Source: Tubiluchus corallicola
Lineage: Eukaryota; Animalia; Priapulida
Assembly (NCBI GenBank): GCA_030141605.1
Contig: JAQGDQ010000005.1
Coordinates: forward strand, 310,001-374,000
Direction: 5' to 3'
Length of the DNA: 64,000 nucleotides
Made by a program: the position numbers and the translations under genes. Of the stretch, positions 12,501-24,699 are shown piece by piece; positions within the stretch are counted from its first letter, which is position 1; each line of letters begins with the position of its first letter. The notes below the pieces were generated by a model. The model saw nothing but the letters and a program-made list of their open reading frames with translations. It ran no database searches and had not been told where the DNA came from.

Positions 12501-15500
12501 CATTTACAGCTTTTGTAGAATCAAACCTAAATGCTTTAATGCACGAAAGACCGAATATTTTGGCATTTGCAGCAACTTTTTCTACTTTTGATGATGATTT
12601 GTCCAAAGCAATTACAGTTCCGCTGTCCTTCATCAAACATGCAATATGTGTTGTTTTCCCTCCTATAAATAAAAAGTATTTCAAATAAGTTAAACTAATA
12701 CTTCAATTTGTTCAATGACATATACAAATTTTACACAATACTTACAGTTTTATGTTACATATGTATTCCTTACATTTTTCTTTAAATTAATATCAAAGAA
12801 TTTGCTTGTAAAAGTGGGGACAAAAATGGAGGTAATCATTATTCTCGTAATAACAGTACAGATCTGCAGATTACACCAATGGCTATTGAAAATAACTGGC
12901 ATTGCATATCAACAAACTGGCCTTCAATCTAGTACCAACACTGTAAATTTGTAATGACAAATTTACCTGGTGCAGCACACATGTCCAGCACACATTCACC
13001 TGGCTGAGGTTGTAAGACATGGCTGCAAACAATAGAAGGCAAATTCTGAAGAAATATTGCATCAGTGAGTATGCCACTGAAAGATGGCATTTCATATAGC
13101 GGTCGAATCATCGTTACAGCAACACCACTGTAAGACAGAATAAACATTGATTAATGATTTATTTGTGAAAACAGAAACGCTAATCAACACTTTTTGTAAT
13201 AACTGCTCAAGAACAATCACTTAAAGTACAAGAAAACACTCTTCACAAATAAACATTAAAAATTTCGTCTTGAAATTTTGTATCACTTACTAGCACTCTT
13301 ATCGCATACAGAGCTTGCGTTACCTGTAATGCTGTATACAATTTGTAAATTTAAACTGCCACAATGGCTATTCAATGCACCATTTTAACAGTAAGTCAAT
13401 TGAAACCAATTTAGAAAACATTGCATAAAGTTTAAAAAAAATAATCAGAGCATTTATGGTACATTCTTCGCTAAACTAAGCAAAAATTTAAATTACTCTT
13501 CAATGGCAGTAAGACCAAGAATACGCTTTTGATGGTTCAGTAGTATAAACTAGAATGGGGATGTAGTGCCGTTTTACCAAGTGGCATGAATATTTTAAAT
13601 CATTAAGAATTTTCTGCTAATAAGTCTTATAAACAGGTAAGCGTAATATTATATAATATAACTTTGTATAGAAAGTTCTTCGGGATATACTTTAAGTCCC
13701 TTTCTTCCCCGTTAATTAAGGTTACTTACCAAACTTTAGAGTTCACAGAAAACAATTCTTGTCTACTCATGCGAGCAATCCCATTACCGACAAAGTACTT
13801 TTTACCCTCAAAGGTTTTTGTCCACCCCTTTCTGCATGTTTTTGCTACATCAGCGTATACTGCAACCAACTCATCAGCCTGCAATGCTAAATATGTTGTT
13901 TCAAAAAAGTGTGCAACTAAATAATGCTTAACTAAAAATCTAACATCTCGGTGAGTTTACACTTAATATGAATAATCGAATATTATAACACGCTGGCATG
14001 GCCTACATTATACAGCTAGTATAAGTCTGTCTTGCTGCAGTTCATTAAGATAGTTTAGTCATGGCCAAACAGAATTCCCAGTTAAGCTTGTAAGTGTATT
14101 CATTTTTGATAAGTTTAATTAATATGATACGACAATAAAAACCTAGTGCAATAATACACACATAACTGCATAATAAGTTGAGGTGCACTGTTACTGAAAA
14201 AATGATGAGATGTTATGAAAGAATTACTTCATATTAATAAAATTAGTAAAATATCAAAATCCTTACATAAAGGTGCAGATACCACACCAGGAGCATAAAT
14301 TTCGGCTCCACGGAGAGCAGCAATCCCACATGCAGCATCAACAATGAGTTCCTTTGATTCGGGAACCAATCCTTCACAACTACTTATACATGGCACTATG
14401 AGCACATCTGCAAGCAACGGATGATCTTCTATAGTTGGAACTTTCCAGTTCATGTCTCTAAATTGCTAGACAACCAAATAAGAGAACATGTGTGTATCAA
14501 AGAGCTTTTTTATTTTAATCCAAACGGTCTAATTATATACATTTAATGTTATGTTCTCCGTCTAAACTATGGTAGCTATACCCCCTGATCAGGGCCAAAT
14601 TAAAAGAAAGGCAATAGTACAACGATACAAAAGTGTATTTTTCATCACATGATGGGTGTCTCATTTGAGAACATGAAGATATTAAGCAATAAATACATAA
14701 ATCATATTACTGACGGTTCTTATGAGCCATAGTTTATACAGAAGTGGCCTGCGTGTAGTAAAATCCACCTTGGTGTGAAGCTAAAGGGATTTACTCAGCG
14801 ACTAGATTTGTAAACCAAAGAGACCTATTAAGTAGCATTTTCCATGTTATTACAGTGAGTGTTTATTCATTAAGCCAATACTCTTATCATTCAGTAAACT
14901 GCTTGTGCAAAGTTTTTAAGTAAAATGCAATAATTTATTAGCATTTGTATAATTAAAGCAACTCACATAAAGTATGTATCGTTTATCTATGAAGCTATTA
15001 CCTTTTATAATTATGTGATAAGCTGTTTGCCAAGTTTAAAAAAAGGAATACATGTAACTTTAATATCAGCAATGATTCTGCATGCACTTATTTGAGTTAC
15101 GGACATTCTCCTGTGCAATAATTTGTCAGCAAGAATCAGCATGTTAGTTTATTAACTAGTTAATTAATTAAATTAGTTATGTTATTATGTAAATTATGTT
15201 ATGTTATATAACAGATATGTTAGTTAATTAAATATCTCATCTTGTGCTTGAATGTCATTTCTTTCATTGCAGCAAGTAAATAAGATCGCTAAAAGACAAA
15301 GAATTAAAGGGAAAAAATGCAAAGGTGTAAAAATACTTAGAAACAATCATGCAGTCTTACATCACAATTCTCAAGCAAAGTTAATAAACGACAGATTTTA
15401 CTAAATTGAAGCATTATACAGTTCCTTTCACCACAATAAATGACTGGATTTAATAAGCAAATTCTGCTGTAGTTTTAAATCAATTGTACAACTTACTGAA

Positions 15501-15650
15501 ACAAATGCTTTAAATACTTATACTTACTGCTTTTATGATCCCCTGTAACTTAATCTTTACATCTCCTTTTTCATAAAGGTGCGTATTGACGCGAAGAAGG
15601 GTGTACTGAGGTGGAACTGAGTGTCTTTCAACCATAGTGACACAAGACAT
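9508..15650 (-). CDS. NSUN6: NSUN6 tRNA (cytosine-C5) methyltransferase with PUA domain, about 428 aa, 8 coding exons; N-terminus uncertain
   Basis: Minus-strand exons 15650-15528, 14465-14267, 13886-13730, 13127-12967, 12662-12477, 11861-11704, 10687-10562, 9684-9508 join in frame (1287 nt). Motifs: PP.YT.LRVNT, PUA (CGIAALRGAEIYAPGV), FLQNLPS, VLDMCAAPGGKTTH, DRVLLDAPCSG (motif IV Cys), LVYSTCT (motif VI Cys), DTIGFFIAKF. Confidence 0.92.
11962..11983. repeat. (CT)n microsatellite
   Basis: Uninterrupted TC dinucleotide run in an NSUN6 intron. Confidence 0.85.
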
Positions 15651-16984
15651 TCAGTGCACAACTGAAATTAAGTAATTTTGTTTATTTAAACTGCAAGTTG
15701 AAAGTGAATTATCACTTCTAAAATGTGTGATAAATAAACTTATTAAATACTAATGCAAGCAGAAAACAAGAAAAAATTGCTAAACTAGCATACCGTTTAA
15801 TGAGAGCTGTACAATACTGTTTACAAAATAGAAATTTTTTTAACACAAGGAACTCATTGTCCTCAAGGAACATTAAGGCAATTAAAAGACCCAAAAAGTG
15901 AAGAGACTAAGTTGTAATGTTTAAAAGGAAAGAAAAAATACTTGGTATAATGTATCAAACTACCAAAACCCAAAGATGTAATTCTAATAATCCAAGTACT
16001 TGAGGTTATGAAAAATCAGAAAGTTAAACAATAGTAAGTTTGGTTCAATGCAATTACTTTTTAGCAGTATGATGGGATTTATTTAAAGGGAGCGGGAGTG
16101 ACAATAAAGACCAGGCAAATTAACCAATGTTTGTTTCGACATTGTACCCTTTTTGCGCAGTAAAGAACAATTCTGTTAAGTACCAAGACTCTCAAGACAT
16201 GAATTGTGTCAAAGCGGATACAAAAACAATGCCTATTCAACAAAACTTCTTCCTCAATTAAAAAATCGGACATGGCCTTAATCCTACTCAAATGAATAAA
16301 TAGTAATCCTCATTTAAAAAATGAAAGTCAAAAAAGGTGAATAAACATTTGGTCTCTTTATGACATACAGGTTTACCTGAAACAAATACATCATTACCAT
16401 CTGAGAATTTGTATGCTTCCGGGGAATCCTTTGAGTTTGACCTGGCAGTGGCTAGCTGGGGTTCATTTGTGGAAAACTCCTGTTTATATGGCGAACTGGC
16501 GATGAAGTATTGGCTTGCATGGTGAATTGGCGATGCACTATGGACTTGTCGGAACTTGCATGGTGAGTGGTGGCACACTTATCACTAGGAGTCTGACATT
16601 TCAGTTATTGGTTACAATACCAAATTAGTAATTACAGACCACTTTCCTTCCAATTGCAATAGGATGACTTTTACTTGAATACTTTAGTATTAATATAATA
16701 ATTTCCTCTCATTTGTAACAGGACGGTTTCTTCGGTACTGTAATACTAGGATAATAATTTTCCATCACAAACTGTATTGGCTCAATACACGTTTGGACAT
16801 TATGCATAATAATTGATACTGTGACAGCTTTACACAACCACTAAACCAAATCAGTACACAAATTAGGCTTGAAACACTTGCAAGCTTGGACACTGAAAAT
16901 TTGTGTGCTTGCACATGAACCTAGAATCAGGCGGCATGTTATGTATACAAAAAAAGGCAGTAGATTATCTTTATTTGAAGCTGA

Positions 16985-17130
16985 CATTTTTAAACCTTTA
17001 ACCTTGACTTTTGATCGAAAAAACGGACCTCCCAGTCTTGTCTGGGCCTAACCCTCTGTTTGGCGAAATAGTTTCATTAAGATCTGATACACATTTCGAA
17101 ATTGTGACTGTGTCTTTGACAGATGTGACT
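16985..17130. mobile_element. Probable Helentron/HINE-like non-autonomous repeat fragment
   Basis: TTTAACCTTGACTTTTGA and GTTTCATTAAGATCTGA resemble the TGACCTTGACCTTTGA and AAGTTTCAT motifs of Helentron-associated elements. Family assignment is inference. Confidence 0.35.
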
Positions 17131-18768
17131 AAGCACCCTATCCCATGCACCGACTACAATTTATGAAAGCCATTAGCAGTGTCTCCTCATTTAACAAACT
17201 TTGCTAGTTTAGTGAGTTTTGTAAATACTAATCAATTTTTAAACAGCTAGGTAGTGCATTTCAGATTAATTATTATGAATTTCGACTTCAAACATTTCTC
17301 TCTGTTTTGCGCTTAATAGTTGAAACTAAAGGCACTATGCCAAAATACCACCTCAGAACTTCTCTTATTAGCATTAAAAATGTTGTAGTATTCATAACTG
17401 AAATGTGGGATTTATTCGAATGTCTGGTAATGATGGATTTTATTTTGTTGTATTTGGTTACTTTATTATAAATAAGAAATAATCAACGGATCAGCTTACA
17501 AGTGTAAGCATAAATTTAAGCAATGAACCAACATTATATCGAATAAGACAGGTTTTTTTTAATTCAACCACGACCAACGAAACTACATGGAATGGATAAA
17601 ACAAAGGCTATAATTGAAATGTTAAAATCAAATGCATGTAGCTAACATGTATGGATAGTAAATCTGCTCCACAAAACTAGAGATTAAAAAGATACGAGAA
17701 CTATTCAATTCGTGGAAGTAATATTTACAGGGTGACTACAAATTTATAATGGCAATAATGAATTACTAACACAGACTGTACAACATCAATTTGTCAACCA
17801 AATAAAGGCTGTCACATTACTAATACAGGATTAATTTTCAATTTCCCGTTAGCACTGATTAACTTCCTACATAAAATTAATATGAGGCAGATGGCAGATG
17901 CATTTAACTAAACATGGAAAATAATTAAACATTGAAAATACATCTGGATAGTTGACAATAGATGTGAAAAAGTGTGATATTTTTTAATAAAATCTGTCTA
18001 TCAATTAGAATTAGTTTACAAGAAATAGAGATTGACTGCATGAGTTCCTATAAATAAATTAAAGATCACATGGCTGACAACTGCTCGCCTCAATTCAGGC
18101 CATTTAGGAATATAAGGAAGACCTGATCAGATATTCTGGAAAAGCAAAAACAAGCGGTGATACACTTCATGATAGCATAAAAACTGGTTTCATGGGCACA
18201 TATTGCAAGAGGGAAGGAAACCCACTGGGTGCTCTATTACATAGCTACTGGAATCCTGTACAGTGGCATTTTTTCTAGCAAATGAAAAATTTACAGTTTG
18301 AATAGGAATCTAACTGGCATCATTGGCCTACATCGACCACAAACTATAGCATTCTGCAGACTGTGTCAAAGGCTTAAAGCAACCCACTTAACCACGGAGA
18401 AAACTTGGAAAACTTGAGACTCTTATAAAATATATACACATGAAACTTGAAAAATGTTCAAACTACCTTTGCTACATTGCAAATGCAAAGGATCCACTTC
18501 TCAATTTTGTTCCAACAAGATTTGCTCACAAACTGCAAAAACAAATAATTTTCACTGTAACAAATGTAGATCCACTCAGTGAATTGATGGAAACTCCAAA
18601 GAGAGATAATTTGGAAAAATGATGAAATAAATCAATAAGCACTCATTTCACTATATGAAGACAAACCACACTACAATTATTCTATTATGCTCTACTACCC
18701 TTGGAGAGGTTTACTTTTAGCATTCTCACTAAGTCACCTGTTCATCACAGTGTGATGCATTGTTTCCT

Positions 18769-19992
18769 CTACATCTGCTCTTTCACACTCAACTGAAGCA
18801 AGTATTGTGCATTTTGGATATTATCAGGTGTTCCAGTAATTGTGATGATTCTATCTGAAGAGCCAGGAAGTGCTTCGGCGATTTCGATGTTCGCATTGGA
18901 CTGCTGGCGTATCTGTCGTATGCGCTGCCCGGCCTTGCCTATTATTGCGCCGGCATATTCTTTCGGAATGGTGACTTGCGTCCTGGTTTCGGGACCTCCA
19001 CCGCCTCCCATTCCCCCTCCTCTGTTGTTATACATCTGGTCTTGATATCTACCCATCTGGTTGGACTGCATGTCATCTCCCATTCCCCCATATCTGTCTC
19101 TGCCGCCTCCCATACCTCTTCCACCAAATCCACCTCCACCACCCACTCCACCCCCTCTACCAAATCCTCCACCACCATCTGATCTTTGTCCATAACCGCC
19201 TCCACCCCTACCACCTCCACGTCCTCCACCTCTACCACCTCCACGCCCTCCAAATCCACCACCACCACCACCACCACCTCGGCCTCCAAATCCACCACCT
19301 CTTCCACGCATACCTCCTCCACCTCGGCCACCTCGACCACCTCCTCCACCTCTGGGCAAACGACTACGGGGAAGACCTTCTTCTGAAGTGTAACCACCAT
19401 ATTCGTTAACAAAATATTCATCGAAATCATCAGGATTGTACGGCTGACTTGGTCCCTTCGGAGGTGCATTGTGCAAAATATCAGCTATTAGTTTAATACA
19501 ATCGACCACAACCTGTGGAGTACCCATTATTTGCGTGCATCGCTCGGTAGAATTAGGGCAGCACTGGCTATACACCTTGATGTTCGCGCCGGTTTGCTCT
19601 CGCAGCTCTTTTATTTTATAACCAGCGCGTCCAATAATCCCTCCCGCTTGACTCTGGTGGACAAGCATGCGAATATCGCACTTGAAATCCATGTCAGTAT
19701 AATGCTGATAGTCTTCCAGTACAGGTATAATTTCCAGGAGTACATCGCAAGCTGTATCAAGACCAGCACTAATAGTAAGAACACGCTCAGGGCCTTGACT
19801 ATCAGGTACAGTAATACCAGCCTTGTAATCAGTTCTCAGGCGTTTAATATTTGCCCCACCCTTTCCTATAATCGCTCCAGCATTTTTGCTCTGCAGTAGT
19901 ATTCGGAGATCAATATGCGGTGAATCTCCACGAGACCGCTTGTTGTATTGACCATTTTGGCCATCTTCAGCTGGACGTTTTCCTTCAGACAT
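18769..19992 (-). CDS. HNRNPK: Heterogeneous nuclear ribonucleoprotein K, 407 aa, single coding exon
   Basis: Start ATG at 19992 (MSEGKRPAED, resembling the hnRNP K NLS GKRPAED), 59 nt after an acceptor TTATCTTATAG at 20052. Three KH domains with GXXG loops (IIGKGG, IIGRAG, IIGKAG), a Gly/Arg-rich linker and the C-terminal NAQYLLQLSVK. Probable 3' end near 17540 (ATTAAA on the minus strand near 17560). Confidence 0.95.
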   Translation of the reverse strand: MSEGKRPAEDGQNGQYNKRSRGDSPHIDLRILLQSKNAGAIIGKGGANIKRLRTDYKAGITVPDSQGPERVLTISAGLDTACDVLLEIIPVLEDYQHYTDMDFKCDIRMLVHQSQAGGIIGRAGYKIKELREQTGANIKVYSQCCPNSTERCTQIMGTPQVVVDCIKLIADILHNAPPKGPSQPYNPDDFDEYFVNEYGGYTSEEGLPRSRLPRGGGGGRGGRGGGGMRGRGGGFGGRGGGGGGGGFGGRGGGRGGGRGGGRGGGGYGQRSDGGGGFGRGGGVGGGGGFGGRGMGGGRDRYGGMGDDMQSNQMGRYQDQMYNNRGGGMGGGGGPETRTQVTIPKEYAGAIIGKAGQRIRQIRQQSNANIEIAEALPGSSDRIITITGTPDNIQNAQYLLQLSVKEQM

Positions 19993-21339
19993 TTTACTAA
20001 TAATTCTTGGACAAAGAGGCGAGAATCTTGCTGGTATGGGCTTTGAGAGGCCTATAAGATAAATGCAGATATTTTTAACATAAAGACAGTTCTGGGACAC
20101 AGTATGTTAGATAACAGTAATAGTAAAAGCAACTGAAAGGAGTCACCAGGCAGAACCTACATATACAAACTTGGGGGTGGCTACTCCTCAACAGTTCCCC
20201 CAAGACTTCCATATACAACACAACAGAGAAACCAAATGTTGAATCCTTTACATTTCATCAGCCCAATCTCAATTTTCATTCACATTTTGGGCGCCATTAA
20301 CTTAAATATAAGTACTCACCCGTAATTTGGATGAATAAAATTTAAAGTAAAAAAATGCACTACATGACATTAATCACAATTAAGTTGAGGGCATGAATAT
20401 CAGCACCAGGGATGAACTGAATGTCAATTAACATTTAAATAAAGCAATAACTGCAACACACAGATCAATGAAATCTACATATTTTATACATATTGTTCCA
20501 CATCTTAATATTAAATACAGCATAAATCTTTCAAGACAAGAAAGGGATTTGTAAGTACAGGAAATATAAACATAAAGAGTTATGCAACTTATACTGCTCA
20601 GTAATAATCTTATGCGTATACAATACCTGTGTTAAGAGCAGTGTTTGTAATTTCTCAGTCCTAATAAAATCACGAGATTAAAATCAAGATCAAGAGCAAG
20701 ACTGTTCTATCGAGACCCCGCCAAGGTCAAGACACATTGCGAAATGTAACTCTCCACTCTACAATTGCCCTGCTCACAGAAAAGCAGCAGTAAACACAAG
20801 TTTGATTTATTGAGCTATTGATTTACGGAGTCCACCAGGGCACTGCCCAGGTGGGCTTCGTGTTCAAATTGAATGTATATGAAGTATATACTGTTAAAAA
20901 GTTGAGTGCATATAGAACAGGTACTAAGACTGACTAATCACTGTGTATAGAGCAATCAAAATTCTTGCAAGGCGTTTAACAATCGAACTGAGCCGCATCA
21001 CACATTTTTCGCATGTACCTGTTTTTATTAATTCTCATTATGCACAGAAGCATGTTTGAATTTTGCAACTAGACAGGTAGCCCAAAAAGTTGCTTCAACA
21101 GTTTCAAGTGTGGAAAATCAAGAAGTCCAGGCCTAAAGTTTAGTGACGACACAGATAAATCAAAAGTGAAAGGCCTACTCGCCTAGATAGTTTTGTCACA
21201 AGGTAGTACGGTAAGTTCTAAGTTACAAAGAATAAAAAAACGAAAATGGGAAATGGGCGGCAGTAATCAGTCACCCACAAAAATCACCAATGAGTTATTG
21301 CTTAGAAGGCATTTAGAGATTTTTAGATTAAAATAACAA

Positions 21340-22420
21340 ACTTTAATTATTGTTGACAAAAATTGCAAGAAAAAAGAGCAGCGAAATGAGTTGCTGTCAG
21401 TGATGTTGAATCAAGCTGGACAGATGTAATTTCAGGTATCCCACTAGGTAGTGTATTGGGTTCAGTTCTATTCATCCTGTTTGTTAATGATTTCATAGAT
21501 GAATTGTACATAACATGGAAGATGTTTGCTGATAATACCAAGTTGTTTGCAGATGTGTCTCAGGAGAAGAATGTGAAGGAACTTCATCTTGACTGGTAAA
21601 GTTTGGAAAGTTGGACAAATCAGTGGCAATTAACCTTCAACGCTGAGAAATGCAAAGTGATGCACACTAGCAGAAACAACCCTGGTGCTGAATATAAAAT
21701 GAACCAACATGGGGTAGACGTATCATTAGCTAACAGTAGAGAAAGATCTTGGGCTAGACATAGATGTAAAGAAAGATCTTGGGCTGCATGTAGATAAGCA
21801 ACTTAAGCTTAGTAAACATGTTCAACTGCAAGCCAATAAAGGTAACAAGTTATTGGGTTTGATAAGAAAAACCTTCATGCATCACAATAAAGATATTGTA
21901 TAAGACATTAGTGAGACCCTGGTTAGAATATGGGCATGTCATGACTTACTATTGCTATGTCAAGGATTATAATTGCTTTATTGTCAAGGATTATGTAAAT
22001 ATATTTAAAGGAGAGCTACAAGAATGATTCCTGGACTGAAAGAGATGGACTATGAAGACTGCTTGGCAGCCATTAAATTACCATCTGCACATTATAGAAG
22101 AGCAAGAGGTGATATGACAGAATTCTACAAGTTTATCCAGGGCACATACAACATCCCAGTTCCCTTTAAAGTTGATGGCATAAGCAGGACTAGAGGGCAC
22201 GGCACAAAATTTAAGAAACCATACTGTAGGACATCTGTTAGGCAACATTATTTCTCATTGAGAATTGTTAATCTGTGGAATTCATTGTCAGATCATGTTG
22301 TCACTACCCCATTATTTAATATATTCAAAGTCAGGTTGGATCATCATTGGAAAAGATTTTGGTACCAGAATAAGCTTATATCCTTCCACCAAGTATGCAC
22401 AAATGTTATGGTTTTATCAC
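21340..22420 (+). mobile_element. Decayed CR1-clade LINE, 3' part of ORF2 (reverse transcriptase C-terminus), antisense in the hnRNP K 5' UTR intron
   Basis: Translates to SSWTDVISGIPLGSVLGSVLFILFVND...MFADNTKL, WQLTFNAEKCKVMH, EKDLG-like, RRARGDM, RTRGH and FSLRIVNLWNSL, all CR1 ORF2 hallmarks, broken by stops and frameshifts. Confidence 0.88.
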
Positions 22421-22659
22421 TAATAAAGACATTAAACAATGCATCATTAAAGTAAGGTAAAGTAAAACAAGACTGGCAACTTTAAAAAAATATAATCTCA
22501 GTGGAATAAAGACCGGTATTAGTCTCGCTGCAGACGATAGTTAAGAGAAATTCATTTTGATATGCATTTTAATTTAAATCCACCCATAGAGTTGCCTCAT
22601 TTATGGCCATTATATGACATCATAAATACTGTAAGAAAGTCAAGTAGTAATTAAGATAC

Positions 22660-23574
22660 TTGAAGATGCAAAAAGAAAAAAATGATAGCAGGAGTGAGGA
22701 GTGGGAAATGATTACGAAGCTATAGAGAAACAAAATACAGAACTGAAAAAGCAAATGGAAAGTCAATAGATGGAAACTGATAGGCTTAAGATGAAGTTAA
22801 ATTTGGGTAATAGTTCTGAAGAAGAAGTGAAGACTGGAAGAAGAGAAAAAAAAGGAGTCGGAAGTTAAAAATTTAAAGAGAGAGGAGGTTACGTATAAAG
22901 CAAAACTAGAACAGACTGCTACCGAAATTGCCAACAAAAAGAACAGTACTGTCCCTAAATCAGTAAACCTGTAAACGATCTAAAAGAAGTCAACTCAAAA
23001 TTAAAATTGAAGAATAGAAGTGACAGATCTAAAAAAGATGGCGCAAATCAAAAGGGAAACATGATGACTCTAAAGGACTTGGAGGGGGAATCTGACAAAG
23101 AAAGAAAGTGAAGTGAAACCACGTTTTTGCAGACAATCCCAGTGGGTAGTACAATAAAAGATGCTGGAATTTTGACAAGAACGGTGTTTGCAAATGTGGT
23201 TATCAACTGTTACTATGAATGCATAAGTAAGTGGGGAGAGGATAAGAAAGGATGTAGAAACAATAATCTTGAGAAGGACAAACGAAATCAGGTTTGCTAG
23301 AGATATGAGTCTGAAGGACACTGAAAATATGGCAAAGGGTGCAGGTTTGCACACAGTTAGAAAACTATGCCGGAACTTCGAAAAATATGAGCAGTGCACA
23401 TATGGAAACAGTTGTGGTTTCCAACACCATTATAATGAACATGAAAATTGCTTAGGAAAAATGAAAAGGAAGGTTGATGACTTCAGGGGAAAGACGGACT
23501 TTACAATAGAGAGAATAGGCATAGCACACAAATCCAATTATAAAGAAGGTCCAATTTGGTGGCTAACAAGGTGA
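22660..23574 (+). mobile_element. Decayed LINE ORF1-like remnant with a CCCH zinc finger
   Basis: Purine-rich, stop-riddled coiled-coil-like coding relic ending in CRNFEKYEQCTYGNSCGFQH (C-x8-C-x5-C-x3-H). No splice-compatible structure. Confidence 0.4.
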
Positions 23575-24623
23575 TTTCTATCTTCGCTATCTTTTTTCTA
23601 GCTTTATACTTTTTACTATATTAATTTTTCATGACCTTCCTGTTGAACTTGTTACTAATGATTATTTTATAGCATAAAAACAGAAGTAAATAAAAAAATT
23701 GAATTGAATGCTTTTGTCAGCTGACATACAGAAGTACTAGATGCATGGAGAGATGTTATCATCTCATGATTTATTAGTTGAAAAAGGCAGGTGGGTTTGT
23801 ATCCCAAGAGATCGGAGAGTGTGCCCATGTGATCAAGTAAATGTTCAAAGTGAAGAACACGTTTTTTGTCATTGCCCATAAAATTTACGGCGTGTGTTAG
23901 AATGAAATATAGCACTAATAATAAATTAGTATTTACATCTACAAGGCAACTGCTTGAAGCTGACACTAAAACATTATACCTATTCATTAGCAATTGTTTT
24001 CAGTTATTAATGGAAAATGGCAATGAACAGTACCTCTATTAAAATAAATAATTAAGCTCTGATCATGATACCAGTTAATGTGAAGTGTGGACAATTATTC
24101 TGTATTATCCGTGTGTAGACACTGTTACGTGCATTTCTCCTTTTTTTAACTTTATCTTGCATTTTATTAATTGTCAACAAATTCAAATAAATAAATATAA
24201 GGCGCAGCGCGAAGGCATTCTGCCAGTATCCATACCCGAAGTGACATGTGGGCTAGTACTCAGTAGTGAACAATCACATATCGCAGTAGGCACGTCATTT
24301 ATTTGCTATTATTGGAATAAATATCACAACTGACAACTTTATGTCACGCGAAGAGCGCTCAAGCACAGCACAGTGACAGTCATGATAAAGCACATGGCAC
24401 AACGACACGATATAGTGCGGACCCTACCTACATACATAATTAAAACTTAAAAACATAAAATGTATGAAGTCATTAGACTCTAATTTTAACGTACTAAGGC
24501 AAACATACATGAAAACGTTCAGAGAAAGTATTTTTAGTTACGAACTTACGAACAAAAGAAAAAACCAACAATTCCAGAAAACGCACACAAAATGGAGAGA
24601 AATTATTGACAGAATTTATGTAA

Positions 24624-24691
24624 CCTTCGACGCACCTAATATTGATGCTGATACTTCAATGCAGTCGGATTTTTTTACCACGCCAGACTGA
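24624..24691 (-). promoter_or_regulatory. Putative start site and first non-coding exon of hnRNP K
   Basis: Initiator-like TCAGTC on the minus strand (24691-24686), CpG-containing leader, candidate donors AG|GTGCGT and AAG|GTTACA near 24625-24635, and T-rich intron-like sequence downstream. Confidence 0.45.
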
Positions 24692-24699
24692 GCAGTCGC

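Noticed and set aside
16288-16578. 96-aa minus-strand ORF upstream of NSUN6
   Set aside because: GTG start, no NSUN6 similarity, and internal repeats (CATCGCCARTTCRCCAT, TCACCATGCAAG) suggest a TE relic.
19708-19718. TGGAAGACTA on the minus strand, identical to the first 10 nt of miR-7
   Set aside because: It lies in coding sequence (L-E-D-Y), diverges after 10 nt and has no hairpin partner.
18842-19899. S/T-rich, V/E-rich and other ORFs overlapping hnRNP K
   Set aside because: Antisense and alternative-frame shadows of the GGN-rich GAR codons, with no independent signals.
19993-20100. 36-aa N-terminal extension of the 443-aa hnRNP K ORF
   Set aside because: It starts at GTG inside the intron and crosses the acceptor at 20052; homology begins at ATG 19992.
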